A DNA stretch of 32,000 bases, taken from assembly GCF_000757865.1 (NCBI RefSeq), contig NZ_CP007754.1:420001-452000 (forward strand), given 5' to 3'. A program made the position numbers and the translations under genes. How positions within the stretch are numbered: the first letter of the stretch is position 1; each line of letters opens with the position of its first letter. The notes below the pieces were generated by a model. It had not been told where the DNA came from, ran no database searches, and worked only from the letters and a program-made list of their open reading frames with translations. Source of the DNA: Prochlorococcus sp. MIT 0801. Its GTDB lineage: Bacteria; Cyanobacteriota; Cyanobacteriia; PCC-6307; Cyanobiaceae. Positions 7,385-14,853 of the stretch are shown piece by piece.

Positions 7385-10300
7385 TTAACCAAAACCTGTC
7401 ATTTCAGTAAAGAGAGTCTTGTTTTCAGCTGATTCAGCAAAACCCAAAAGCAATTCATGTCGAGTTTCAGTACCGTTATTTAAATTGCCAAGCCAATAGT
7501 TATAGCCCTCTTGGTCATAGTCTCTACCTAAGACATTGGTGTAAAGAGTTTCTACATACTTTGCGTTAGTCACATTATCTCCATACCGCTGTTTAAATTC
7601 AGCAGAGACAAGAAATGATTGTGCAACAGCACGTTCATCATTCTCTCCAGAAGAATATTTGCCAATCCAATATTTCAAACCATCCGCATCAGGAAGGCGT
7701 TTAAAGGAAGCATTATATAAACGGAACATACGCCCTGAATCTGTATCTAAACCAGTGACTTGATCAAAGGTTCCTTTGATATCTGCGATGGCACTCACAT
7801 CACGGAACGAACTGGTGCTTGCCTCTCCGCTAAATTTTAACGATGGATAACCAGTGATGTCGTCATAACCAGAATCAGTTTTGATTTCATATTTTCCATT
7901 ACCTTTGTTATAGAACTTGTAATCACTAAATTCACCGGTATAAGTTTTCACTACGTCTACTTTGGATTCTTCTACGGTTTGATCTGAGAACTGAATATAT
8001 TCAATATTTTTAAGAGTATCGGTTCCATCAGTTGTTCCAGTCGTCCGTTGATCTGAGATTTGTAGCGTATCTGTGCCACGTGTAAAGCTGTAATTAGAAA
8101 ACTTGCCAGAATAGATCAACGTGTCAGTCTCTGTTCCGCCGTCTAAATAGTCATTTTTTGAGGTGCTTGTTATTGTATCTTTTCCTGTTGTTCCAGAAAG
8201 TTCATTTAAATCGTTGACAGTAAGCGTTTTAGTGAATGTTGCTTGACTTGGAACTGAGTACTCTCCATTGGGCAGAACAGTGGGTAATTTATATTGAGTG
8301 TCGGTTAAAAGTGAGTACAGCTTTGTATCTGTGGATTGTACTTTTGCTGATGTATTTGGTGTCCATTCATTTTTGATAGAGTCAAGTCTTCCAGTAAAAT
8401 CTTGAGCTCCTAAGATAGAGGTCAAACCCCAGTAGAAATACTCCGTTGCTTGAGTAGCATAATCACTTGTTTCGTCATAATAGGTATACCAGGCGCCAGC
8501 GGGATAAGAGCTAGGTATTGTTTGAAAATTTCCACCTCTTGCAATGTCCATGGCTTCAGTTAATAACGATGTTGTATTAACAGAAAACGCCGTTGGGTAT
8601 ACTTTGGCATATCCATAGTCGGTAATTAAATGCAGGACTTCTTCTAAAGAAGCATCAAATTTACCTGTGGCGGCACCGTTAGGGATTGTTTCTTCTCCAA
8701 AGAGGTTTTGTGCATTTAACCCTGTACTTTCTAAAACACTTAAATCTGCCGAGTCATTTTCTGCTTCGTCTTTGAACATCACTAAGGTCGCCTTGCTATT
8801 AATCATTGATGTGATAACCGCACTATCATCAGCTACTCCGTCTTCGTCATTATCAAGATATTCAGCCATGATTTTCGCAGCATGCTGTATATCACTATCA
8901 AGAGTTGTTGATGTTGCGTAAATTTTTATCCCAAAGACCTCTGCCTCTTTTGAAAAAGTCTGAGATATACCACTTGGAGCATCACTCGAAATACTTCCAA
9001 TTGAAAATGCTTTAGCTTGCTTCTGACCACTATCAGTAGTTTGTAGCCTGATGCTGTAGGAAGACTTTGTCTCGTAGTCAGGGGCTGCTTTAATTTTTAG
9101 AGATGTACCATCAATGGTAAATGAATCGTTATCAGTATCACCAGTGCCAGTTACAAAGGAGTATGTATGCGTATCTGAAGAATCAGCATCTGTTGTGGAG
9201 AGAGTTGCGACTGTAGAAGTAGCTGCAACATTTTCATTAAAACTAGTTGAGGATAATGTTATGGCTGTGGGCACTTCATTAAGATCGTTGACTGAGAGGG
9301 TGAAAGCTTTAGCGTAGGTTTCACCACCGCTATCAGTAGTTTGTAGCCTGATGCTGTAGGAAGACTTTGTCTCGTAGTCAGGGGCTGCTTTAATTTTTAG
9401 AGATGTACCATCAATGGTAAATGAATCGTTATCAGTATCACCAGTGCCAGTTACAAAGGAGTATGTATGCGTATCTGAAGAATCAGCATCTGTTGTGGTG
9501 AGAGTTGCGACTGTAGAAGTAGCTGCAACATTTTCATTAAAACTACTTGAAGATAAGACTAGTGCTGTAGGTGCGTTGACATCAAGAACCGAAATAGTAA
9601 CTGTTTGCTTAGCTATAGTTCCAGAACTATTACTTGCTTTGACGACTGGGACATAATCATTATTTGTATCACTATCAGTAGGAGTTTCATAATCGGGTGC
9701 AGTTTTAAACGTTAAAGCACCTGAACTTGAATCAATACTAAATTTAGACGCATCATTTAAATCACTTATACCTAATAAACTTTCATTCGTTGGAATATCA
9801 GAGAAAGTAAATGTTCCATCGATTTTCTCTAGATAGTAATGATCTAAATACTCAGTTCCACTACTGTTTATATATTTGAAATCAAAACGTAACGAGTCTG
9901 TCCCATTCCATTCATCAATCCAATATTGCCTAGATCTTGTAGTGGTATCTCCTCTATAGTCATTGCCATTCTGCAGGCTACTTCCATCTATTTGAACGAA
10001 CTTATCTTGAGCAGAATCATATGAAAAAGTGGACAGACTTTTAAACCCTTTTGTTCCATCATCGTTTCCACCAACATCAAGGAGAGAATTTTCTGCTTGT
10101 GTTTTAAATGTTAAGGCAATATCTCCAGATCCACTATCTTTGACCTCACCGCTTTTAAAAAAGTTTTGAGTATCAGTTATTGAGGCAGAAGAAAGTGACC
10201 AGGTAGCACTTTCAGTTGCTAAAAAAGTATGAATAGTTGTTGAATTCTCATTGATGGACTTAGTGCTTGTCAAATCAACAGCACTTCCTGATGGACCTGA

Positions 10301-10444
10301 AATTAAAAAGGAGGATGACACAATATCAATGGTATTTATCAATAAAGTAATATAACTCTTTTTGATACTTTGTAAGTGTTTTGCTTTAGAGCTAATTTTT
10401 ATACTATTTGTAGTTTTGAGTCTAACTTGACCGACCCAATCCAC
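7385..10444 (-). CDS. large exoprotein: cadherin-like repeats, unknown ~260-aa central domain, Ca-binding RTX-flanking-like segment, shared C-terminal DUF4214 module; start codon uncertain
   Basis: 1019-aa ORF. Its track start is a GTG that lies inside repeat R1-B, and there is no in-frame ATG for hundreds of codons. Alternative starts are TTG at 10342 and GTG at 10321. It contains two near-identical 100-aa cadherin-like repeats. The tail DIKGTFDQVTGLDTDSGRMFRLYNASFKRLPDADGLKYW...LLGFAESAENKTLFTEMTGFG is shared with its neighbours. Confidence 0.8.
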   Translation of the reverse strand: MDWVGQVRLKTTNSIKISSKAKHLQSIKKSYITLLINTIDIVSSSFLISGPSGSAVDLTSTKSINENSTTIHTFLATESATWSLSSASITDTQNFFKSGEVKDSGSGDIALTFKTQAENSLLDVGGNDDGTKGFKSLSTFSYDSAQDKFVQIDGSSLQNGNDYRGDTTTRSRQYWIDEWNGTDSLRFDFKYINSSGTEYLDHYYLEKIDGTFTFSDIPTNESLLGISDLNDASKFSIDSSSGALTFKTAPDYETPTDSDTNNDYVPVVKASNSSGTIAKQTVTISVLDVNAPTALVLSSSSFNENVAATSTVATLTTTDADSSDTHTYSFVTGTGDTDNDSFTIDGTSLKIKAAPDYETKSSYSIRLQTTDSGGETYAKAFTLSVNDLNEVPTAITLSSTSFNENVAATSTVATLSTTDADSSDTHTYSFVTGTGDTDNDSFTIDGTSLKIKAAPDYETKSSYSIRLQTTDSGQKQAKAFSIGSISSDAPSGISQTFSKEAEVFGIKIYATSTTLDSDIQHAAKIMAEYLDNDEDGVADDSAVITSMINSKATLVMFKDEAENDSADLSVLESTGLNAQNLFGEETIPNGAATGKFDASLEEVLHLITDYGYAKVYPTAFSVNTTSLLTEAMDIARGGNFQTIPSSYPAGAWYTYYDETSDYATQATEYFYWGLTSILGAQDFTGRLDSIKNEWTPNTSAKVQSTDTKLYSLLTDTQYKLPTVLPNGEYSVPSQATFTKTLTVNDLNELSGTTGKDTITSTSKNDYLDGGTETDTLIYSGKFSNYSFTRGTDTLQISDQRTTGTTDGTDTLKNIEYIQFSDQTVEESKVDVVKTYTGEFSDYKFYNKGNGKYEIKTDSGYDDITGYPSLKFSGEASTSSFRDVSAIADIKGTFDQVTGLDTDSGRMFRLYNASFKRLPDADGLKYWIGKYSSGENDERAVAQSFLVSAEFKQRYGDNVTNAKYVETLYTNVLGRDYDQEGYNYWLGNLNNGTETRHELLLGFAESAENKTLFTEMTGFG
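9027..9626. repeat. 2 x 300-bp tandem duplication inside ORF 7385..10444
   Basis: 9031-9250 versus 9331-9550 has a period of exactly 300 nt and only about 3 mismatches by eye (9199, 9246, 9251). Each unit encodes one cadherin-like repeat. Similarity decays after about 9555. Confidence 0.95.
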
Positions 10445-10506
10445 CTCAAACTTTCCACTGCTGGCTTTATCTTTAGACCTTTACCAAGGATTCAGTGGAC
10501 TCATCT
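10417..10506. repeat. R1 repeat, copy B (~90 nt)
   Basis: Aligns with copies A and C. It carries a 3-nt insertion (GGGTCGGTCAAG versus GGATCAAG/GGATCAGG on the minus strand) and a few other indels. It sits between the stop of ORF 10540..11952 and the 5' end of ORF 7385..10444. Confidence 0.85.
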
Positions 10507-10539
10507 GCTCTGTAATGGGAGTAATAAGTTTTTCATTGT

Positions 10540-11952
10540 TTAGGCAAATCCAGTCATCTCAGTAAAGAGAGCTTTATTTTCTGCTGATTCGGAGAAGCCA
10601 AGGAGAACTTCATATCTTGTTTCTGCTCCGCTATTTAATTGACCTAACCAATAGTTCAATCCACCGGTATCAGCATCTCTGCTTAGGACATTTCTATACA
10701 GAGTATTGACATAGATTGAATCCGAGACGTTGTCTCCATAACGCTGCTTAAATTCAGCAGAAGCTAAAAAAGATGAAGCTACGGCTCGTTCATCATCTTT
10801 CCCAGAACTGAAATTACTAATCCAATATCGTAGTCCATCGGGGTCAGGTAGACGTTTAAAGGAGGCATTGTATAGGCGGAACATTTTTCCAGAGTCTGTA
10901 TTCAGCCCAGTGACTTGATCAAAAGTTGCTTTTATATCGTTTGTAAGATTTAAATTTTTATCTTCAAACTTTAAAAGGTTAATGCCAGTTAGAGGATCAA
11001 TAGTTGTTCCATTTTTACTCTTTATCCCATATTGAGAATTCCCTAAATTGTAAAATTTAAAATCATAACTTTTATCAGAAAAAGTCATAATTTTTGATTT
11101 TCCCCATATAACTTCAAGTGATTTTATATCGACACTTTGGAACCATATGTCTTTATAATTAGTGTCATCGACATAGCTACCATTCCAACCCATCAATGAG
11201 TATTCATAGGGAAACAGTGGTTCACTTCTAAGATAGGAAAAATTTTCAGGATAATATGGGTTAAGCACATCATCATCAATTAAATCAAATGGGTGTTCCA
11301 ATCCAAGTAGATGTCCTAATTCATGAACGAAAGTTGCTTTCTGCATCTTTTTGCTGAAGTCAGTGTGATTTAAGAGATCTAAATTGTTTTCAGTGGTATA
11401 CAGTCCAGATTGATAACTTACAGAGAGTAAATTGCCACTTTTTCCTCTCTCTGTATCTGCTGATAAGAAATTATTATCGGCCAATGGTGAGATTACAATG
11501 GTGTAATCAGCTTCATCTCTTTTATTTACTAGCTTTAAGTCTATGTCGATATATTCATTTATTTTTTCAAGAGAGTCAATTACATATGACTTTTGCCATT
11601 CTTCTGGTATTAATGAATAGTATTTCTTGTTTTCTGATTCTCCTAGGTTGATATCTATTAATTCATCTCCACCAGTTGATAGATATACTTTGATTTCCCT
11701 ATTGGTTCCTGCGTATTCTTTCCTTATAGCAATTTCATCTCGTCCATCTGCAAATCCCATTATTAAATATTTAGGATCTATTGGCTTAAATGAATCTGTT
11801 TCCTGGAAATTAGTGGGAGCTGATAAATATTCTTTAGATTGAAGTCCGTTTGTTTCTTCAGCATTAACTGATAATTGGGAACTCCTTGTAAGTTCAATAA
11901 CTGTTGCAATATCAGTTTCAAACCCTTTCGATTGTAAGCAAATAAAGCACAT
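10540..11952 (-). CDS. leaderless zinc metalloprotease (metzincin, M10-like) with shared C-terminal DUF4214 module
   Basis: 470 aa. HELGHLLGLEHP fits HExxHxxGxxHP and YSLMGW is a Met-turn candidate. The C-terminal ~176 aa (SYDFKFYNLG...LLGFSESAENKALFTEMTGFA) is shared, and 122 of those residues are identical to ORF 12309..14177. Confidence 0.88.
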   Translation of the reverse strand: MCFICLQSKGFETDIATVIELTRSSQLSVNAEETNGLQSKEYLSAPTNFQETDSFKPIDPKYLIMGFADGRDEIAIRKEYAGTNREIKVYLSTGGDELIDINLGESENKKYYSLIPEEWQKSYVIDSLEKINEYIDIDLKLVNKRDEADYTIVISPLADNNFLSADTERGKSGNLLSVSYQSGLYTTENNLDLLNHTDFSKKMQKATFVHELGHLLGLEHPFDLIDDDVLNPYYPENFSYLRSEPLFPYEYSLMGWNGSYVDDTNYKDIWFQSVDIKSLEVIWGKSKIMTFSDKSYDFKFYNLGNSQYGIKSKNGTTIDPLTGINLLKFEDKNLNLTNDIKATFDQVTGLNTDSGKMFRLYNASFKRLPDPDGLRYWISNFSSGKDDERAVASSFLASAEFKQRYGDNVSDSIYVNTLYRNVLSRDADTGGLNYWLGQLNSGAETRYEVLLGFSESAENKALFTEMTGFA

Positions 11953-12001
11953 ACTTTGATATAGGCTGAAAATTAATAGCTTTTATGAAAATTTATAATG
12001 G

Positions 12002-12205
12002 CTATTTGATCTGGTCTACTGATTTTATCTTTCCGTTCCACTGGTTTGAGTTCTCATTGCTATTCACTCCCTCAATAGCTTTGTACTGGTACTTCTTAGT
12101 GTTAGGGACAAGCTCTCGATAGCAGAAAACGTTTGGATCTCTCTTGAATGACAAGACAACGCCCTTACCTTCTAGCACTTTTGTTTTTACGGCGATATTC
12201 GGCAT
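12002..12205 (-). CDS. R2 small protein (67 aa), hypothetical
   Basis: ORF track sequence MPNIAVKTKVLEGKGVVLSFKRDPNVFCYRELVPNTKKYQYKAIEG.... A decayed paralog exists at 16305-16615, which argues that this was a real gene. Function unknown. Confidence 0.45.
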   Translation of the reverse strand: MPNIAVKTKVLEGKGVVLSFKRDPNVFCYRELVPNTKKYQYKAIEGVNSNENSNQWNGKIKSVDQIK

Positions 12206-12308
12206 GAAAAACGCTTGCCTTACTGCAAATAGATTAGCAAGAGTTTGACAAAAGCTTGACCTGAGTGGTTAGAAACAAGTAATAGACTAGCTCTAAGCTT
12301 TTCATTGG
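12040..12308. repeat. R2 repeat, copy 2 (5' part of the small gene plus ~100-nt upstream region)
   Basis: Aligns by eye with 16470-16719. Long shared blocks include TTAGCAAGAGTTTGACAAAAG, GAAAACGTTTGGATCTCT, AATGACAAGACA and GTAATAGA-TAGCTCTAA-CTTTTC. Confidence 0.85.
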
Positions 12309-14177
12309 TTATGCATATCCTGTCATTTCAGTAAAGAGTCCTTTGTTTTCTGCTGATTCAGAGAAGCCAAGGAGAACTTCATATCTTGTTTCTGCTCCGC
12401 TATTTAATTGACCTAACCAATAGTTCAATCCACCGGTATCAGCATCTCTGCTTAGGACATTTCTATACAGAGTATTGACATAGATTGAATCCGAGACATT
12501 GTCTCCATAACGCTGCTTAAATTCAGCAGAAGCTAAAAAAGATGAAGCTACGGCTCGTTCATCATCTTTCCCAGAACTGAAATTACTAATCCAATATCGT
12601 AGTCCATCGGGGTCAGGTAGACGTTTAAAGGAGGCATTGTATAGGCGGAACATTTTTCCAGAGTCTGTATTCAGCCCAGTGACTTGATCAAAAGTTGCTT
12701 TGATGTCATTAGCTAGATGCATATTTTTATCATCAAATTTTAAGATCGAGGCACCTGTTAATTCATCGATTCCACTTGTTGTCTCGACTCCATATTTATC
12801 ACTTCCTAAATCATAGAATTTATAACTATCACTTTTGCCTGAATATATTTTTTCTGATTTAAATCCTAATGAAGTAATACCTTTAACTTCCTTGCTTGTT
12901 ACTAAGGCATTTTTATCTGCGAAGGTCAGCTTTTCAATATTAGATAAGGTATCAGTCCCATCATTTGTAGATGATCGATTATCTACAACAGTTACTTTTT
13001 TATTAGAAATTGTGAATGTGTAATCTGAGAATTTCCCGGAGTAGGTTGCTATATCATAGTTACTGCCACCATCAATTATATCGTCACCACTATTACCTTG
13101 AATATTGTTTTTGTACTTATTACCTGTAATTTGATCAGCACCGGAACCACCTTTAGCATTCTCAATGATGGAATTGAATGCAATACCTAAATGGTTTTTT
13201 GCAGACCAATTATTATCAAAACTTAAATCGCAAAATTCACCCTGTGAAAGATTAATTATTTGGCTCTTTGTAAAATTACCAAAATCTAACGTATCAACTC
13301 CACCCGCATCCCAAATAGTTGCAAAGAGTGGTTCGTTTGGTGAGTAGCTATAGATTGTATCTCCTACATTATATTGGTTATTTGCTCCATATAGATACTG
13401 TAAAGGTGCTATATCGTATATTCCAGGATCCATCGAAATAATATTGTTATCGTCTATAAATGTGTTTTCACCGTCGGGGCCGAATAAAGTATGTGGTCTT
13501 TTGTTTTTAGATTCAGGAAATTTAATTGTTGGATGATCTCCAGGGTGCTCGGTTCCTAAAGCATGAAAAATTTCGTGGTATAAAATTTTTAGATCCCCAT
13601 CACTTATTCCATTGTCAGGCACTGTGCCAGAAGCAAAGTTACCAATATTTTCATATTGCTTATTAAAAAAAATGTCACCTCCTCGCGGCTGATCTCCAGG
13701 GATTGAAGCTGTTGCACCAATGCCTTCTCTATAAACTCCAGATTCGTCAGTAATTGTTCTTATAGCTAATCTGATTGTTCCAACTTTTGAAATTGTCTCA
13801 CCATTCTCCTCAACGTCTTCTTCATCAACTTCGACAAAAGTTATATTTACAAAATCACTTATGCGTTCAAATGCTTTTCTGATATCACTTGCTTGTTTTT
13901 CTGTGAAAGCGGTAGCTTTGACTAACCCAAGAAACTCTTCTTCAGCATAACTATATCTTGCTGTCTTCCCATTTAATCCTGGCAAGCTATAGGTAATGAC
14001 TGTTGAGGAATTTACAGAATGATCCTTTGTATAAACTGGATCCGAGACCCATCTAATAGGTTGTCCTTGTGAGTTGTTAAAAAGAGAATCTATATAGTCA
14101 ATGCCAGAATTGTTTACGAATTCAATTGATTGATTGGCAGTTTTGTGGGTTTGTTGTTTTGGTGTCATATATTTCAA
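12309..14177 (-). CDS. leaderless serralysin-like metalloprotease (M10B-like) with RTX Ca-binding repeats and shared C-terminal DUF4214 module
   Basis: 622 aa. HEIFHALGTEHPGDH fits HExxHxxGxxHP. The RTX nonapeptides are GGSGADQIT...GNSGDDIIDGG. The RTX-flanking pattern is YSGKFSDYTF...DGTDTLSNIEKLTFADK. The tail is DIKATFDQVTGLNTDSGKMFRLY...LLGFSESAENKGLFTEMTGYA. Confidence 0.9.
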   Translation of the reverse strand: MKYMTPKQQTHKTANQSIEFVNNSGIDYIDSLFNNSQGQPIRWVSDPVYTKDHSVNSSTVITYSLPGLNGKTARYSYAEEEFLGLVKATAFTEKQASDIRKAFERISDFVNITFVEVDEEDVEENGETISKVGTIRLAIRTITDESGVYREGIGATASIPGDQPRGGDIFFNKQYENIGNFASGTVPDNGISDGDLKILYHEIFHALGTEHPGDHPTIKFPESKNKRPHTLFGPDGENTFIDDNNIISMDPGIYDIAPLQYLYGANNQYNVGDTIYSYSPNEPLFATIWDAGGVDTLDFGNFTKSQIINLSQGEFCDLSFDNNWSAKNHLGIAFNSIIENAKGGSGADQITGNKYKNNIQGNSGDDIIDGGSNYDIATYSGKFSDYTFTISNKKVTVVDNRSSTNDGTDTLSNIEKLTFADKNALVTSKEVKGITSLGFKSEKIYSGKSDSYKFYDLGSDKYGVETTSGIDELTGASILKFDDKNMHLANDIKATFDQVTGLNTDSGKMFRLYNASFKRLPDPDGLRYWISNFSSGKDDERAVASSFLASAEFKQRYGDNVSDSIYVNTLYRNVLSRDADTGGLNYWLGQLNSGAETRYEVLLGFSESAENKGLFTEMTGYA

Positions 14178-14235
14178 CTATGGATTGATAGATAAGCCTC
14201 CGATTACTATTGGGAATAAACTGCAAGGAAAAGAT

Positions 14236-14853
14236 TCATTCGCAATTTTCCCTAAAGAATTTTGCAGCATCGTCATCCCCAAGCTCTGCAGCTTTTCTCC
14301 AATCTTCACATGCACCTTTCATCTCTCCCATTTCTTTTTTTACATGACCACGATTAAAAAATGCATCTGAATCTTTTGGGTTGATTTTTATAACTTGTGA
14401 ATAGTCTTCAATTGCATCATCAAAATCTCCCTTTTTAAATTTGGCAATACCTCTATTGAAATATCCATCTGCATATAAAGGATCGAAATCTAATGCCTTA
14501 TTTTGATCGGAGATTGCACCTTCAAAATCACCTGAATTACGTTTTGCATTACCGCGCATTGAGTAGACAAGGCAAATCTCAGTAGGTGAAAGTTCCAAAG
14601 CTTTGTTGTAGTCAAGTATTGCCTCTTCATAATCTGCGAGTTCAAATTTATCTTGTGCTCTATTAAAAAAATATTCATAATCTCTTGCTTTTTTATTTAG
14701 CTCGATCTTATCTTTTAAAGCAATCATTAATCCTGCACCCACAACTACAGCAGTAGATCCAACAACAAGATCCTTATTAACTTTTAGTAGCGATAAACCA
14801 GTAGCAGTGGCAGCACTAATGCCTAAGGAAATCAATGTTTTACGGAGTTTCAT
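14236..14853 (-). CDS. membrane-anchored tetratricopeptide-repeat (TPR) protein
   Basis: 205 aa. There are two N-terminal hydrophobic segments, then 3-4 TPR units (AILDYNKALELSP, AISDQNKALDFDP, AIEDYSQVIKINP, ACEDWRKAAELG). Its start overlaps the nuclease stop (ATGA at 14850-14853). Confidence 0.85.
   Translation of the reverse strand: MKLRKTLISLGISAATATGLSLLKVNKDLVVGSTAVVVGAGLMIALKDKIELNKKARDYEYFFNRAQDKFELADYEEAILDYNKALELSPTEICLVYSMRGNAKRNSGDFEGAISDQNKALDFDPLYADGYFNRGIAKFKKGDFDDAIEDYSQVIKINPKDSDAFFNRGHVKKEMGEMKGACEDWRKAAELGDDDAAKFFRENCE

Noticed and set aside
9114-9656. Plus-strand ORFs 9114..9317 and 9414..9656 with near-identical products, and other antisense ORFs inside the big genes (6600..6884, 8667..8921, 11627..11842, 12835..13023, 13165..13347).
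   Set aside because: They are mirror images of the 300-bp tandem repeat or lie antisense to long minus-strand genes that have clear domain content. None has a motif of its own.
9027-12701. Diversity-generating retroelement (template/variable repeat pair) as the explanation for the near-identical repeats.
   Set aside because: The mismatches are not adenine-specific, no reverse-transcriptase gene is in the window, and both repeat members are in-frame coding modules.
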